From Kiritimatiellia bacterium (lineage in GTDB: Bacteria > Verrucomicrobiota > Kiritimatiellia > CAIQIC01 > Lenti-01): a DNA stretch of 64,000 bases. Shown here in pieces: positions 25,006 through 36,076 of the stretch (positions are counted from its first letter, which is position 1; each line of letters opens with the position of its first letter). The notes beneath the pieces were generated by a model, which worked only from the letters and a program-made list of their open reading frames with translations, had not been told where the DNA came from and did no database searches. The stretch is taken from positions 9,395-73,394 of the forward strand of contig JAXGNL010000006.1 of the NCBI GenBank assembly GCA_040768005.1. The letters run 5' to 3'. The position numbers and the translations under genes are program-made.

Positions 25006-26148
25006 CTAATGCGTCTTTCTTCGTTTGCCGGGGCGCGGCGTTCCCGCCGGGCCGGACGGTTCCGCCGGCACAAACCGCAGGAAGATGTCGTGGCCGATGG
25101 GAATCGATTCCACCCGCTGGAAGCGGGGTGCCCGGTCCAGGCTCCATTGGGTGTTGCCCATGGCGCCCACCGGTCCGCCAAGGAGCATGGGGGCCAGAAA
25201 AACGCAGAGTTCGTCCGCCAGCCGGGCGCGGATCAATTCCCCGGCAAGAATGCCGCCGCCTTCGCACAGGACACGCAACGCTCCCAGTTCCCCGAGGCGC
25301 TCCGCCAGGGCCGGCAGGAAGCGGCGGGCGGGCAGTTCCCAAACCGTGATTCCCTTGCGCTGAAGCGTGCGCGTCGTGGCGGGAGCCCGGCCCCGCGGGG
25401 CGGCCACGATGGTGCGGGAGGCATGCGCATCGGTAAAGACCTGGGCGGAAAGCGGCAGGGCGCCGGTTCGGACAACGATGACCCGCCAGGGGGCGCGTCC
25501 GCGGTCGGGCCGGGGCCAGAGCGACGGATTGTCATGGCGAAGGGTGCCGGCGCCGATCAGGATGGCGTCGGATGCGCGACGCAGGGCTTGAACGGCCTCC
25601 CGGGCCTTGGGACCCGTGATCCAGCGGGACGAATGAGTGTGATCGGCGATTCGGCCGTCGAGCGAAAGCCCGAGCTTAAGTGTGAACCACGGGCGGCGGG
25701 TCCGAAGCAGACAGGCAAAGGGCGCAATCAAATCGGCTGCTTCGCCGCCGCCGGTACCCACATCCACTTGAATGCCCTGCCGGCGAAGAAGCCGGATGCC
25801 GCGCCCGGCATGCTTCGGGTTGGGGTCAATGGCGGCCACGACGACGCGCCGGATGCCGGCCTGAAGAATAGCGTCCACGCAGGGGGGAGTGCGGCCATGG
25901 GTCGAACAGGGTTCCAGGGTGACATACAGCGTGGCGCCGCGCGCCTGGTCTCCGGCCTGGCGCAGCGCATAGATTTCGGCATGGGGGCCGCCGGCGCGCC
26001 GGTGCCAGCCCTGGCCGATCCGGCGGCCGTTTTTAACCAGAACTGCGCCTACGGGCGGGTTGGGCCGCGTTTGTCCTTCGCCGCGCCGGGCCAGGGCCAG
26101 GGCCTGTCGCATCCATGCCAGATCGGAGGACATCGTTCGGGCGGTCAT
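25006..26148 (-). CDS. ribD: Riboflavin biosynthesis deaminase/reductase RibD
   Basis: PNPPVGAV, HAE, TLEPC..GRTPPC, SLDGRIA and EGGG. Confidence 0.96.
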   Translation of the reverse strand: MTARTMSSDLAWMRQALALARRGEGQTRPNPPVGAVLVKNGRRIGQGWHRRAGGPHAEIYALRQAGDQARGATLYVTLEPCSTHGRTPPCVDAILQAGIRRVVVAAIDPNPKHAGRGIRLLRRQGIQVDVGTGGGEAADLIAPFACLLRTRRPWFTLKLGLSLDGRIADHTHSSRWITGPKAREAVQALRRASDAILIGAGTLRHDNPSLWPRPDRGRAPWRVIVVRTGALPLSAQVFTDAHASRTIVAAPRGRAPATTRTLQRKGITVWELPARRFLPALAERLGELGALRVLCEGGGILAGELIRARLADELCVFLAPMLLGGPVGAMGNTQWSLDRAPRFQRVESIPIGHDIFLRFVPAEPSGPAGTPRPGKRRKTH

Positions 26149-27041
26149 GCCGGCTCTCCGGTGGCCAGGAGGGCCTCCACATACCCCGCGGGATCAAAGG
26201 GGGCCAGGTCGTTTTCTCCTTCTCCCAGGCCGGCGAAAAGGATGGGAAGATCCAGTTCCTGGCGTACGGCAAAAAGGAAGCCGCCTTTTGAACTGCCGTC
26301 CAACTTGGTGGCGATGACTCCGGTCAGGGGGGTGATGTCATGAAACTGCCGGGCCTGGACGACGGCATTCTGGCCGAGCATGGCATCCAGCACGATCCAG
26401 GTATGATGGGGTGCGCCGGGCAGGCGCTTGTCCATGGCGGCGCGAACCTTCTGCAATTCACGCATCAGGGGCTCGCGGGTGTGCATGCGGCCGGCGGTAT
26501 CCAGCAGGACGATATCGCATCCGCGGGCCAGCGCGGCATCCAGGGCGTCGTAGGCGACGGCGGCGGCATCGCCGCCGGTGGCGCCGATCACGGATTCGCA
26601 GCCGATCCGTTCGGCCCAGATGCCGAGCTGGCGGGAGCCGGCGGCGCGCCAGGTGTCGGCGGCGCCCAGCAGGGGCTTCCGGCCGGCCTGCCGGGCCTGA
26701 TGAGCCAGCTTGGCGGCTGTCGTGGTTTTGCCGGAGCCGTTGATGCCCACCAGCAGAATCACGGTGGGCGTGGGCAGGGTGGCCCAGTCCAGCGCCGGGG
26801 CGGGCCCGATGGCATTGAGCAGCACGCGGCGGAACGTATCGCGAACGGGTTCCCGCCGGGTGGATGCCTGTGCCAGTTCCCGGGTGATGGTCTGCACGAG
26901 CCGCAGGGGGACGTCGGCTGTCACCAGCAGGTCAGACAGGTCCTCGACGGTGGTTTCGTCGGGCCGGGGCGAGGCCATGGCATCGCGCAGAGCGTCGGCG
27001 AAACGCGCCCGGGTTTTGCGGAGGCCTTGGAGCCAGTTCAT
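26145..27041 (-). CDS. ftsY: Signal recognition particle receptor FtsY (NG domain only)
   Basis: GINGSGKTTT, DTAGR and TKLDGSSKGG. Confidence 0.95.
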   Translation of the reverse strand: MNWLQGLRKTRARFADALRDAMASPRPDETTVEDLSDLLVTADVPLRLVQTITRELAQASTRREPVRDTFRRVLLNAIGPAPALDWATLPTPTVILLVGINGSGKTTTAAKLAHQARQAGRKPLLGAADTWRAAGSRQLGIWAERIGCESVIGATGGDAAAVAYDALDAALARGCDIVLLDTAGRMHTREPLMRELQKVRAAMDKRLPGAPHHTWIVLDAMLGQNAVVQARQFHDITPLTGVIATKLDGSSKGGFLFAVRQELDLPILFAGLGEGENDLAPFDPAGYVEALLATGEPA

Positions 27042-27553
27042 CCGTCGTTCTCCGCCTGCGGCGGGGGATTGGGGGAGCGGGCCGGCCGGTCCAGATCTTT
27101 GCGGATCCGGTCCAGGATGCCGTTGACGAACTTGCCGGATTCAGCGGAACTGTAGGCCTTGGCCAGTTCGACGGCTTCGTTGATGGAGACGACCGGGGGG
27201 ATGTCATCGCGATAGAGCATTTCATAGACGGCGATCCGCATGGCATTGCGATCCACGTTTCCCATCCGGTCAATTCCCCAGTTCTCGGCGTGCCGGGCGA
27301 GCAGCGCATCGATGTCGGGGTGGTGGGCGATGACGCCGCGGACAAGTTCTTCGGCGAACTGCCTGGCCTTGGCCTGGCCTTTGGCGTCAGGCCGGGGCGG
27401 GGCTGCCGCCAGGGAACGGGGGCCGGGCGCCGGGTCCGATTCCTGATGGTGCCAGAACAGCTGAAACCCCTCGTCCAGGGATTCGGCGCGGTTGAATTCG
27501 GATTGGAAGAGGAACTGCAGGGCCCATTCGCGGGCGTCATGGCGAAGTCCCAT
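27038..27553 (-). CDS. nusB: Transcription antitermination factor NusB
   Basis: R..ARE.ALQ, INEAVELAK and FVNGILD. Confidence 0.96.
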   Translation of the reverse strand: MGLRHDAREWALQFLFQSEFNRAESLDEGFQLFWHHQESDPAPGPRSLAAAPPRPDAKGQAKARQFAEELVRGVIAHHPDIDALLARHAENWGIDRMGNVDRNAMRIAVYEMLYRDDIPPVVSINEAVELAKAYSSAESGKFVNGILDRIRKDLDRPARSPNPPPQAENDG

Positions 27554-27617
27554 GGGGGCCTCCTTTCAGGGGAGAAGAGACGGGTGTCATGGCCAACAGA
27601 GTCAAGGTCACAAGAGC

Positions 27618-27646
27618 ATCGTGGCGGGTGGCGAGGGGACTGTCAA
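27618..27646 (-). promoter_or_regulatory. Putative sigma70 internal promoter for nusB-ftsY-ribD-ribE
   Basis: TTGACA-17 nt-CACGAT on the minus strand, just downstream of an 8-bp GC hairpin (27647-27670). Confidence 0.55.
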
Positions 27647-27699
27647 CCGTCCGGTTGGCGGGCCGGACGGCCGGTGTCTTTCCGCGTTCCGGCAGGGGG

Positions 27700-28170
27700 C
27701 TAGCCGAGAACCTTCATCAGGGAAGCCATTTCGATGGCGGTCTGGGCAGCGGTCCAGCCGCGGTTGCCGGCCTTGCTGCCGCAGCGTTCGATGGCCTGGT
27801 CGAGGTTGTCGGCGGCCACGATGCCGTCCACGACCGGCAGGCCGGCGTCGAGACTGATCTGGACCAGGGCACGGGCGACCTGGGCATTGATGAGCCCGGC
27901 ATGGGGCGTAGCCCCCTGGATCACGGCGCCCAGCGCCACCAGCGCATCACAGCTTCCGCTCTTGGCGAGCTTCTGAATGGCCAGGGGCTGTTCATAGGCC
28001 CCGGGCACCCAGACGATTTGGATGTCCTGTTCGTTGGCTCCGTGACGTGCCAGGCAGTCGAGCGCGCCTTTCAGCAGCTGTCCGGTGAACAGATCATTGT
28101 GGCGGCTGACGACGAGGCCGAAACGAAGCCCCTTGGCCTGGAGCTGTCCGCCGGTTTCCTTGCAGTTCAT
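27700..28170 (-). CDS. ribH: 6,7-dimethyl-8-ribityllumazine synthase
   Basis: WVPGAYE, LGAVIQGATPH and KAGNRG. Confidence 0.95.
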   Translation of the reverse strand: MNCKETGGQLQAKGLRFGLVVSRHNDLFTGQLLKGALDCLARHGANEQDIQIVWVPGAYEQPLAIQKLAKSGSCDALVALGAVIQGATPHAGLINAQVARALVQISLDAGLPVVDGIVAADNLDQAIERCGSKAGNRGWTAAQTAIEMASLMKVLG

Positions 28171-28185
28171 GGTGTCCTTTCCGGG

Positions 28186-29403
28186 TCACAGCAGGTGACC
28201 CAGTTTGTCCTTTTTGGTTTTCAAATAGCGGGCGTTATGCGGGGTGGGGGGAAAGGAGATCGGCACGCGTTCAACGATTTCAATGCCGTACCCCTGCAGG
28301 CCGACGATCTTGCGGGGGTTGTTGGTCAGCAGGCGCATGCGCCGGATGCCGAGGTCCAGCAGCATCTGGGCGCCGACGCCGTAATCGCGCAGATCGGCGG
28401 CAAAACCGAGTTCGTGGTTGGCCTCAACGGTGTCGCGGCCCTGTTCCTGCAGGGCGTAGGCCCGGATTTTGGCCGCCAGGCCGATGCCGCGGCCTTCCTG
28501 GCGCATGTAGAGAAGGGCTCCCGTCCCGTTGGCGGCGATCTGACGCAGCGCGGCATGCAGCTGGGAACCGCAGTCGCAGCGGCGGGAGGCAAACACATCG
28601 CCGGTGAGGCATTCGGAATGAACACGAACCAGGGGGGTGATGTCGGGGCGGAGTTCGCCGTGAACCAGGGCGAGATGGTGTTCGCCGGTGGTGTCGTCGA
28701 GATACAAATGAAGCCGGAAATCCCCGTATTCCGTCGGCATCTGAACAACGGAATCGAGACGGACGGTTTTTTCGCGCTGGCGCCGCCAGGCGACAAGGGA
28801 AGCCACGGTCAGGATGCGCAGTCCGTGGCGGCGGGCGAACACTTCCAGATCGGGCAGGCGGGCCATCTGGCCGTCGTCGCGCATGACTTCGCAGATGACC
28901 GTGACGGGCTTGAGGCCGGCGAGCCGGGCGAGGTCGAGAGAGGCCTCGGTATGGCCGGTCCGGCGCAGGACGCCGCCGGGGACACCCTGCAGCGGGAAAA
29001 TGTGGCCGGGACGGATGAAATCGCAGGCCGTGGTGGTTTCGTCGGCCAGCAGGCGGATGGTCCGGGCCCGATCGAAGGCGCTGATGCCGGTGGTGATGCC
29101 CTGACGGGCGTCCACCGATACGGTGAATGCGGTCCGGTAGCGGTCCTGTTCATCCAGCGGCACCATGCGGCCGAGCCCCAGGCGGCAGAGCCGCTGTTCC
29201 TCCATGGGCACGCAGATCAGCCCCCGGCCGTGGGTGGCCATGAAATTGACCCATTCCGGCGTGATGAATTCGCCGGCGGCCACCAGGTCGCCTTCGTTCT
29301 CCCGGTTTTCATCATCCACGATCAGCAGCAGGCGGCCGGCGCGGAGAATGTCCAGGGCCTCTTCCACCGAGCAGAAGATGTCGCGGGGATCGGATGTCGT
29401 CAT
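28186..29403 (-). CDS. ribBA: Bifunctional DHBP synthase / GTP cyclohydrolase II
   Basis: [41 protein letters not shown] and LLTNNPRK. Confidence 0.97.
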   Translation of the reverse strand: MTTSDPRDIFCSVEEALDILRAGRLLLIVDDENRENEGDLVAAGEFITPEWVNFMATHGRGLICVPMEEQRLCRLGLGRMVPLDEQDRYRTAFTVSVDARQGITTGISAFDRARTIRLLADETTTACDFIRPGHIFPLQGVPGGVLRRTGHTEASLDLARLAGLKPVTVICEVMRDDGQMARLPDLEVFARRHGLRILTVASLVAWRRQREKTVRLDSVVQMPTEYGDFRLHLYLDDTTGEHHLALVHGELRPDITPLVRVHSECLTGDVFASRRCDCGSQLHAALRQIAANGTGALLYMRQEGRGIGLAAKIRAYALQEQGRDTVEANHELGFAADLRDYGVGAQMLLDLGIRRMRLLTNNPRKIVGLQGYGIEIVERVPISFPPTPHNARYLKTKKDKLGHLL

Positions 29404-29404
29404 G

Positions 29405-29432
29405 AAAAAACCGAAGACCTTTCTGTCTTCGG
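29405..29432 (-). terminator. Intrinsic terminator hairpin, expression platform of the FMN riboswitch
   Basis: CCGAAGAC-AGAAAG-GTCTTCGG followed by TTTTTT, 1 nt before the ribBA ATG. Confidence 0.75.
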
Positions 29433-29458
29433 GGCTTGGAGCGGCCAGAAACCGCACG

Positions 29459-29572
29459 CGTCTTCTTCCATCCAGACTGTGTACTGTCGGCCAAGGAGTT
29501 TCACCTTATCTGCCTGTCGGCTCGCGGGCTGTCACCGCCGGTCGGGAATTTCACCACGCCCTGAAGACGGAG
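29459..29572 (-). ncRNA. FMN riboswitch (RFN element)
   Basis: Minus strand reads TCTTCAGGGCGTGGTGAAATTCCCGACCGGCGGTGACAGCCCGCGAGCC...GCAGATAAGGTGAAACTCCTTGGCCGACAGT...AGTCTGGATGGAAGAAGA, the RFN consensus, upstream of ribBA. Confidence 0.97.
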
Positions 29573-29617
29573 AGAACGCTATCATGACCGCGAGGCCCGC
29601 GCAAGAAACGAATTGAG

Positions 29618-32128
29618 TTAATCGAACAGTTCGGCGGGGTTGAGATTGATCGGCCGCCAGCGGGGATTTTCGAAGGTGCCGGTCAGGCGGAACTCCAGCA
29701 GGCGGGTAACCGGCATCGTGGCGAGGCGGACGAGGGCGGCGACGGGGCCTTTGCGCAGCGGCTGGACTTCGACACGGTAGCGCAGGTCGCCGTCGAACGC
29801 ATAGCGACCGGAGGCCTTGACGCTGAACAGGGAACCCATCAGCTCGATGTCGGAGGAGTACACGCGGCTGTTGCGGATGGCGAAACGGCCGCGGGCATCG
29901 GTCTGGGCGAAGAAGTTGAAATCGGGGAACAGCCGTCCGAGAATGGAGGTCAGTCCGCTGAACAGGCGGGTTTGGAAAAGCAGGCCGTTGCGGATTTCCG
30001 CCTGGCCGGTGCCGGTGGCGAGGGGGCCGGTGCCCGTGCCGATGTAGCCCGCGAAACGCCCGTCGCCGTTCAGAATGCCGCGTAGATCGCCGGGGGGCTT
30101 GCCCAGCGTGGCGGCCAGCAGGTCGTCGAGCCGAGCGCCCGCCGTCTGCAGTTGGACTTCATAGCGCCAGCGATCATCGCGCGCCACGGGATACAGCGCG
30201 CCGTGACCCGTGAAGGTGCCGCCATATGCCGTCGCGGCGGCGTTGGTGATGCGCAAGCGGCGTCCGGCCGCTTCCAGGTCGAACGATGCCGTGTCCGCCT
30301 CCCAGCGATCATAGCCGAACCGCCGGGCTTCGACATGGGCCTGCAGGCGGTTCAGGGAGAAATTGCAGTAGTCGAGCAGGCCGTTCACCCGGACATGGGC
30401 GGGGCCGTTCAATTGGAACGGCTTCAGGAAATCGGCCACGACCGGTCCGAGCATGTTTCCCACGGCCCGGGGATCGAGACGGCTGTCCACATCCAGGCGA
30501 AGGGTCTGGTTGGAAAAGGCCATGTGCACGTCGCCCCGGGCCTGGCCTTCCGGTCGCGCGAGCGTGGCCCCGGTCAGGTGCATGACCTCGTTGGTGATGT
30601 TCAGATCCCCCTGCAGCCAATCCACGGGCACGCCGCGAATGGTGAAGTTGGTCGCCTGCACGGGACCATGGCAGGAGATGGCGGGATTGCCCACGGTGCC
30701 GCCGATCTGCACGTCGCCCTGCAGGGGTTCCCGGAACCCGAACCAGTCCAGGATGGTCCGGAAATTCGGCGTCAGGACCGGTTTCAGCACGTGGGGATTC
30801 AGCGTGCCTTCCACCCGCGCCTGGTATTGACGGGTGTCCAGGCGGAATTCTGTGTCCCGGAACTGCAGCCGGCTGGCCAGCGGCCCGGAATCCAGCTGAA
30901 GGCGACCGGTATCAATCCGCAGCCGCGGGCCCTTGCGGGAAAACGAGAGATCCGCCTGTTCGACGGGGATCCCTCGGATCAGCGCCCGGGAGGCAAGAAG
31001 GCGGCCCGAAAACTGCTCCGCTGCTTCAGCCACGGGAACGGGGCCGACTTGCAGCTCGACGCGAAGGGGGAAAGACGGTTCGGGAACGGCGGCCGCCACC
31101 GCTTGCTGCCAGGCGGACGGCAGGAGACCGAGAAACAGATCCAGGGGCAGGGTGTTGACCAGGTGTGCCGACACCTGCTGGAGACGGGCATCCCACCAGC
31201 CGGACAGGCCGGCCGTGTGATCTCCGCGGCACAGTTGCAGATCGGGCACATGCAGGCGCTGGCTTTTCCAAGAGGCATTCAGCCGGAACCGGTCCAGTTC
31301 CAGGTCCTTGAGGCGGCCGCCGGCTTTGCCGTCCAGCAGAAAGGTGACCACATGCGATTCCGGATGACCGGGGTACAGGGCGAAGGCGAATTCAGCCAGG
31401 GGCGGGGCGTTGAAACTCAGGGCATTGATCTGTTCCGCCAGACGCAGCACCCAGTCCGGAGCCTGTTCGATGCCTTGAAGCGCCGCCGTCAAGGGATTTC
31501 CGCCCGGGACGACGGGCGGACCGGAATCGGCGTCTGCTTCGGCGGGCGGCAGATACACCGTGCCCCGGCCGCGGAACTGGATGCCCAGCAGCAGCGCCTG
31601 GAATTGCCGCAGCCGGATTTCCTGTTCCGACGCGGAAAACCGCAGATGAATGTGTTCGGCAGTCAGGGAACGCAACCCTTCCCGGGCGCCAAAGCGATCC
31701 TGGCCCGGCTGTGCCTGAAGCCGGCCGTCCACGATGCCGAGCACGGGCACGATCCTTCGGCGCAGCAGAGCCGCGGGATCCAGCGCCAGGGTGAGTTCAC
31801 GGGCGGTCAGGAACGGATCCGGCGCCTGTTCCGCGGCAAACAGGCGGACGCCGCGGGCGACCAGGCCGCGGTCCATTTCCAGGGTCAGCCGTTCGATCTG
31901 CAGGTGATAGCCCTGCCGGGCCATGCGGTCCAGGAAGACATCGGTCAGATAGGCCGGCAGACCCACCATGTGCAGATAAGCGAACAGCACTGCCAGCAGG
32001 ATGGCAGCGGCGGCGGACAGGCGGAGAATCCAGGCCGACGAATGCCGAAGGGCGATCAGCACAAACGCGCCGAAACGCCGCCGTTTGGAATGGCTTTTGA
32101 CTGGCTTCTGGGCGGCAAGGAAACTCAC
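29618..32128 (-). CDS. AsmA-like / YhdP-family periplasmic bridge protein
   Basis: N-terminal TM helix, long beta-rich body and C-terminal FRLTGTFENPRW typical of the AsmA C-terminus. Confidence 0.75.
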   Translation of the reverse strand: MSFLAAQKPVKSHSKRRRFGAFVLIALRHSSAWILRLSAAAAILLAVLFAYLHMVGLPAYLTDVFLDRMARQGYHLQIERLTLEMDRGLVARGVRLFAAEQAPDPFLTARELTLALDPAALLRRRIVPVLGIVDGRLQAQPGQDRFGAREGLRSLTAEHIHLRFSASEQEIRLRQFQALLLGIQFRGRGTVYLPPAEADADSGPPVVPGGNPLTAALQGIEQAPDWVLRLAEQINALSFNAPPLAEFAFALYPGHPESHVVTFLLDGKAGGRLKDLELDRFRLNASWKSQRLHVPDLQLCRGDHTAGLSGWWDARLQQVSAHLVNTLPLDLFLGLLPSAWQQAVAAAVPEPSFPLRVELQVGPVPVAEAAEQFSGRLLASRALIRGIPVEQADLSFSRKGPRLRIDTGRLQLDSGPLASRLQFRDTEFRLDTRQYQARVEGTLNPHVLKPVLTPNFRTILDWFGFREPLQGDVQIGGTVGNPAISCHGPVQATNFTIRGVPVDWLQGDLNITNEVMHLTGATLARPEGQARGDVHMAFSNQTLRLDVDSRLDPRAVGNMLGPVVADFLKPFQLNGPAHVRVNGLLDYCNFSLNRLQAHVEARRFGYDRWEADTASFDLEAAGRRLRITNAAATAYGGTFTGHGALYPVARDDRWRYEVQLQTAGARLDDLLAATLGKPPGDLRGILNGDGRFAGYIGTGTGPLATGTGQAEIRNGLLFQTRLFSGLTSILGRLFPDFNFFAQTDARGRFAIRNSRVYSSDIELMGSLFSVKASGRYAFDGDLRYRVEVQPLRKGPVAALVRLATMPVTRLLEFRLTGTFENPRWRPINLNPAELFD

Positions 32129-32250
32129 AATGGCATCCTAGGTGCTTTCTTTCCGCCGGGAAAGCCAGAAAGAGATGATTCAAGGATGATGCAAGGGACC
32201 CGCCACCGGCCTCCTGCGGCCGGTGGAGGGGGAGGCGGGCGGTGGCGGAG

Positions 32251-33210
32251 TTACTCGCCGATGCCTTCGAAAAGGGCGGTGGACAGGTAGCGCTCGGCGG
32301 CATCGGGCAGGATGACGACGATGGTTTTGCCGGCGAATTCGTCTTGTTTCGCCAGACGGACCGCCGCAGCGGCGGCGGCTCCGCAGGAAATACCGGTCAG
32401 CAACCCTTCTTCACGGGCCAGGCGGCGGGCCATTTCAATGGCTTCAGGGCCGGAGACCTGTTCGATGCGGTCCACGATGGACAGATCCAGGGTGTCGGGA
32501 ATGAAGCCCGCGCCGATGCCCTGGATTTTGTGGGGACCGGGCTGCAGGGGCTGGCCGGCTGTTTTCTGGGTGATCACCGGGCTCTCCCGGGGTTCAACGG
32601 CGACGGACAGGATGGCCTTGCCTTTGGTGTTTTTGATGAAACGCGACACGCCGGTGATGGTGCCGCCGGTGCCGACGCCGGATACCAGCACGTCGATTCC
32701 GCCGTCGGTGTCGTCCCAGATTTCGGGCCCGGTGGTGGATTCATGAATGGCGGGATTGGCGGGATTCTTGAACTGCTGAGGCATGAAGATCCGGTCCGGG
32801 GCAGCGGCGGCCAGGGCTTCGGCGCGCTGGATGGCGCCTTTCATCCCTTCGGCTCCGGGGGTCAGCACCAGGCGGGCGCCCAGAAACGCCAGCACCCGGC
32901 GGCGTTCCAGGCTCATGGTGTCCGGCATGGTCAGCGTCAGGGGGTAGCCGCGGGCGGCGGCGACATAGGCCAACGCGATTCCCGTGTTTCCGCTGGTGGG
33001 TTCCACGATCTCCATGCCGGGCCGGAGCACACCGCGTTTTTCCGCATCCCAGATCATGGCCGCGCCGATGCGGCATTTGACCGATCCCGCGGGGTTGCGC
33101 CCCTCGACCTTCGCCAGCACGGTGGCGCGGGCGCCTTCCGTGACGCGGTTCAGGCGGACGAGAGGAGTGCGGCCGATGGATTCCGGATTGTCGCGATAGA
33201 TGCGGCTCAT
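32251..33210 (-). CDS. cysK: Cysteine synthase A
   Basis: [43 protein letters not shown] and ERYLST. Confidence 0.97.
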   Translation of the reverse strand: MSRIYRDNPESIGRTPLVRLNRVTEGARATVLAKVEGRNPAGSVKCRIGAAMIWDAEKRGVLRPGMEIVEPTSGNTGIALAYVAAARGYPLTLTMPDTMSLERRRVLAFLGARLVLTPGAEGMKGAIQRAEALAAAAPDRIFMPQQFKNPANPAIHESTTGPEIWDDTDGGIDVLVSGVGTGGTITGVSRFIKNTKGKAILSVAVEPRESPVITQKTAGQPLQPGPHKIQGIGAGFIPDTLDLSIVDRIEQVSGPEAIEMARRLAREEGLLTGISCGAAAAAAVRLAKQDEFAGKTIVVILPDAAERYLSTALFEGIGE

Positions 33211-33294
33211 CTTGTAGCTCCTTGACTTGGTCGTTGTTTGGGGTAACAGTCCATACCTTATCCCATGCCGGAGCTTGTTCAAGCAGACGGATGA

Positions 33295-34614
<1,320 letters not shown>

Positions 34615-34620
34615 GGCACC

Positions 34621-36063
34621 GTGGACATCCGGCTGGAGGATCTGGACTCGCGCTTTCCCGCCGACTGGGACGGGGGGCGGGTGGCGCGTGCGAAAACGGC
34701 CTTTTTCAAGGCGCTGGCACTGGAGGCTCATCGCTTTTACGGCGGCAAGATCCAGGTCCTGCCGCGGGCGGCCCTGCCCGGTTTCCAGTGGTTCAATGCC
34801 TGGTACACGCCCGGCGTCTCCGCCGTCTCCACCGGCATCCGCGACAATCCCGACGAGTCCTTCGAGGTGTCGTGGCGGGGCAATGTCGTGGCCGTGGTCA
34901 GCGATTCAACCCGCGTGCTCGGCGACGGAGATGTTTCGCCGCCGGGCGGGCTGGGGGTCATGGAGGGCAAGGCCTTCCTGATGAAAGTGCTGGGCGGCGT
35001 GGACGCCGTACCCATCTGCATGGACAGCCGGGATGCCGCGGGCCGCCACGATCCGGACATCCTGATTGATTTCGTCCGCCGGCTCACGCCGTCCTTCGGG
35101 GCCGTCAATCTGGAAGACATCAGCCAGCCGAACTGCTTCCGCGTGCTGGACGAGCTGCGGGACAGCTGCGACATCCCGGTCTGGCACGATGATGCGCAGG
35201 GAACGGGTTGCGTGACGCTGGCCGGTCTGATCAACGCGCTGAAGGTGGCGGGGAAGGATCTGGACCGCTGCCGCATCGTGTTCCTGGGCGCCGGGGCATC
35301 CAACACCACCATCGCGCGGCTTATCCTGCAGGCCGGCGCTGATCCGGCCCGGGTGGCGATGTTTGATTCGCGCGGCGGTCTGCATGCCGGACGAGTCGAC
35401 ATCGAGGCGGATCCGCGCTTTTACCGCAAATGGGAAATCTGCCGGACGACCAACCCGAAGCGCATTGCCGATGTGGCGGAGGCGCTGCAGGGCGCCGATG
35501 TGCTGATCTCCCTGTCCCGCCCCGGACCGGATGCCATCCTTCCCGAATGGGTGCAGGGCATGGCCTCCCGGGCCATCGTGTTTGCCTGCGCCAATCCGGT
35601 GCCGGAAATCTATCCGCATGCCGCGAAGGCCGCCGGTGCCCTGATCGTGGCTACGGGGCGAGGCGATTTTCCCAACCAGGTGAACAATTCCCTGGGGTTC
35701 CCCGGCATCCTCAAGGGCGCGCTGCTCGTGCGGGCGCGAAAGATCACCGATGCCATGGCCATTGCCGCGGCGCGGACCATCGCCGCATTTGCCGAGCGCC
35801 AGGGGCTGTCGCCGGACCGCATCATGCCGCGCATGACCGACAGCGATGTGTTCGCCGAAACGGCGGCGGCGGTGGCCCGTCAGGCCCAGGAGGAGGGCGT
35901 GGCCCGCCGCGACCTTTCCCCGGAACAGGTCCTGACCTGTGCCCGGCAGGATATCGCGGAAGCCTCCCGCGCGCTGGAACTGCTGATGACCTCCGGTCTG
36001 ATTCCGCCCCCGCCGGAGGGCATGATTCAACGTTGTTTCGATGCCGCCCTGGCCGGGGCGTAG
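34621..36063 (+). CDS. NAD(P)-dependent malic enzyme
   Basis: [34 protein letters not shown] and NQVNN.LGFPG. Confidence 0.93.
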   Translation: MDIRLEDLDSRFPADWDGGRVARAKTAFFKALALEAHRFYGGKIQVLPRAALPGFQWFNAWYTPGVSAVSTGIRDNPDESFEVSWRGNVVAVVSDSTRVLGDGDVSPPGGLGVMEGKAFLMKVLGGVDAVPICMDSRDAAGRHDPDILIDFVRRLTPSFGAVNLEDISQPNCFRVLDELRDSCDIPVWHDDAQGTGCVTLAGLINALKVAGKDLDRCRIVFLGAGASNTTIARLILQAGADPARVAMFDSRGGLHAGRVDIEADPRFYRKWEICRTTNPKRIADVAEALQGADVLISLSRPGPDAILPEWVQGMASRAIVFACANPVPEIYPHAAKAAGALIVATGRGDFPNQVNNSLGFPGILKGALLVRARKITDAMAIAAARTIAAFAERQGLSPDRIMPRMTDSDVFAETAAAVARQAQEEGVARRDLSPEQVLTCARQDIAEASRALELLMTSGLIPPPPEGMIQRCFDAALAGA

Positions 36064-36076
36064 GCGGGCTCTCAGG

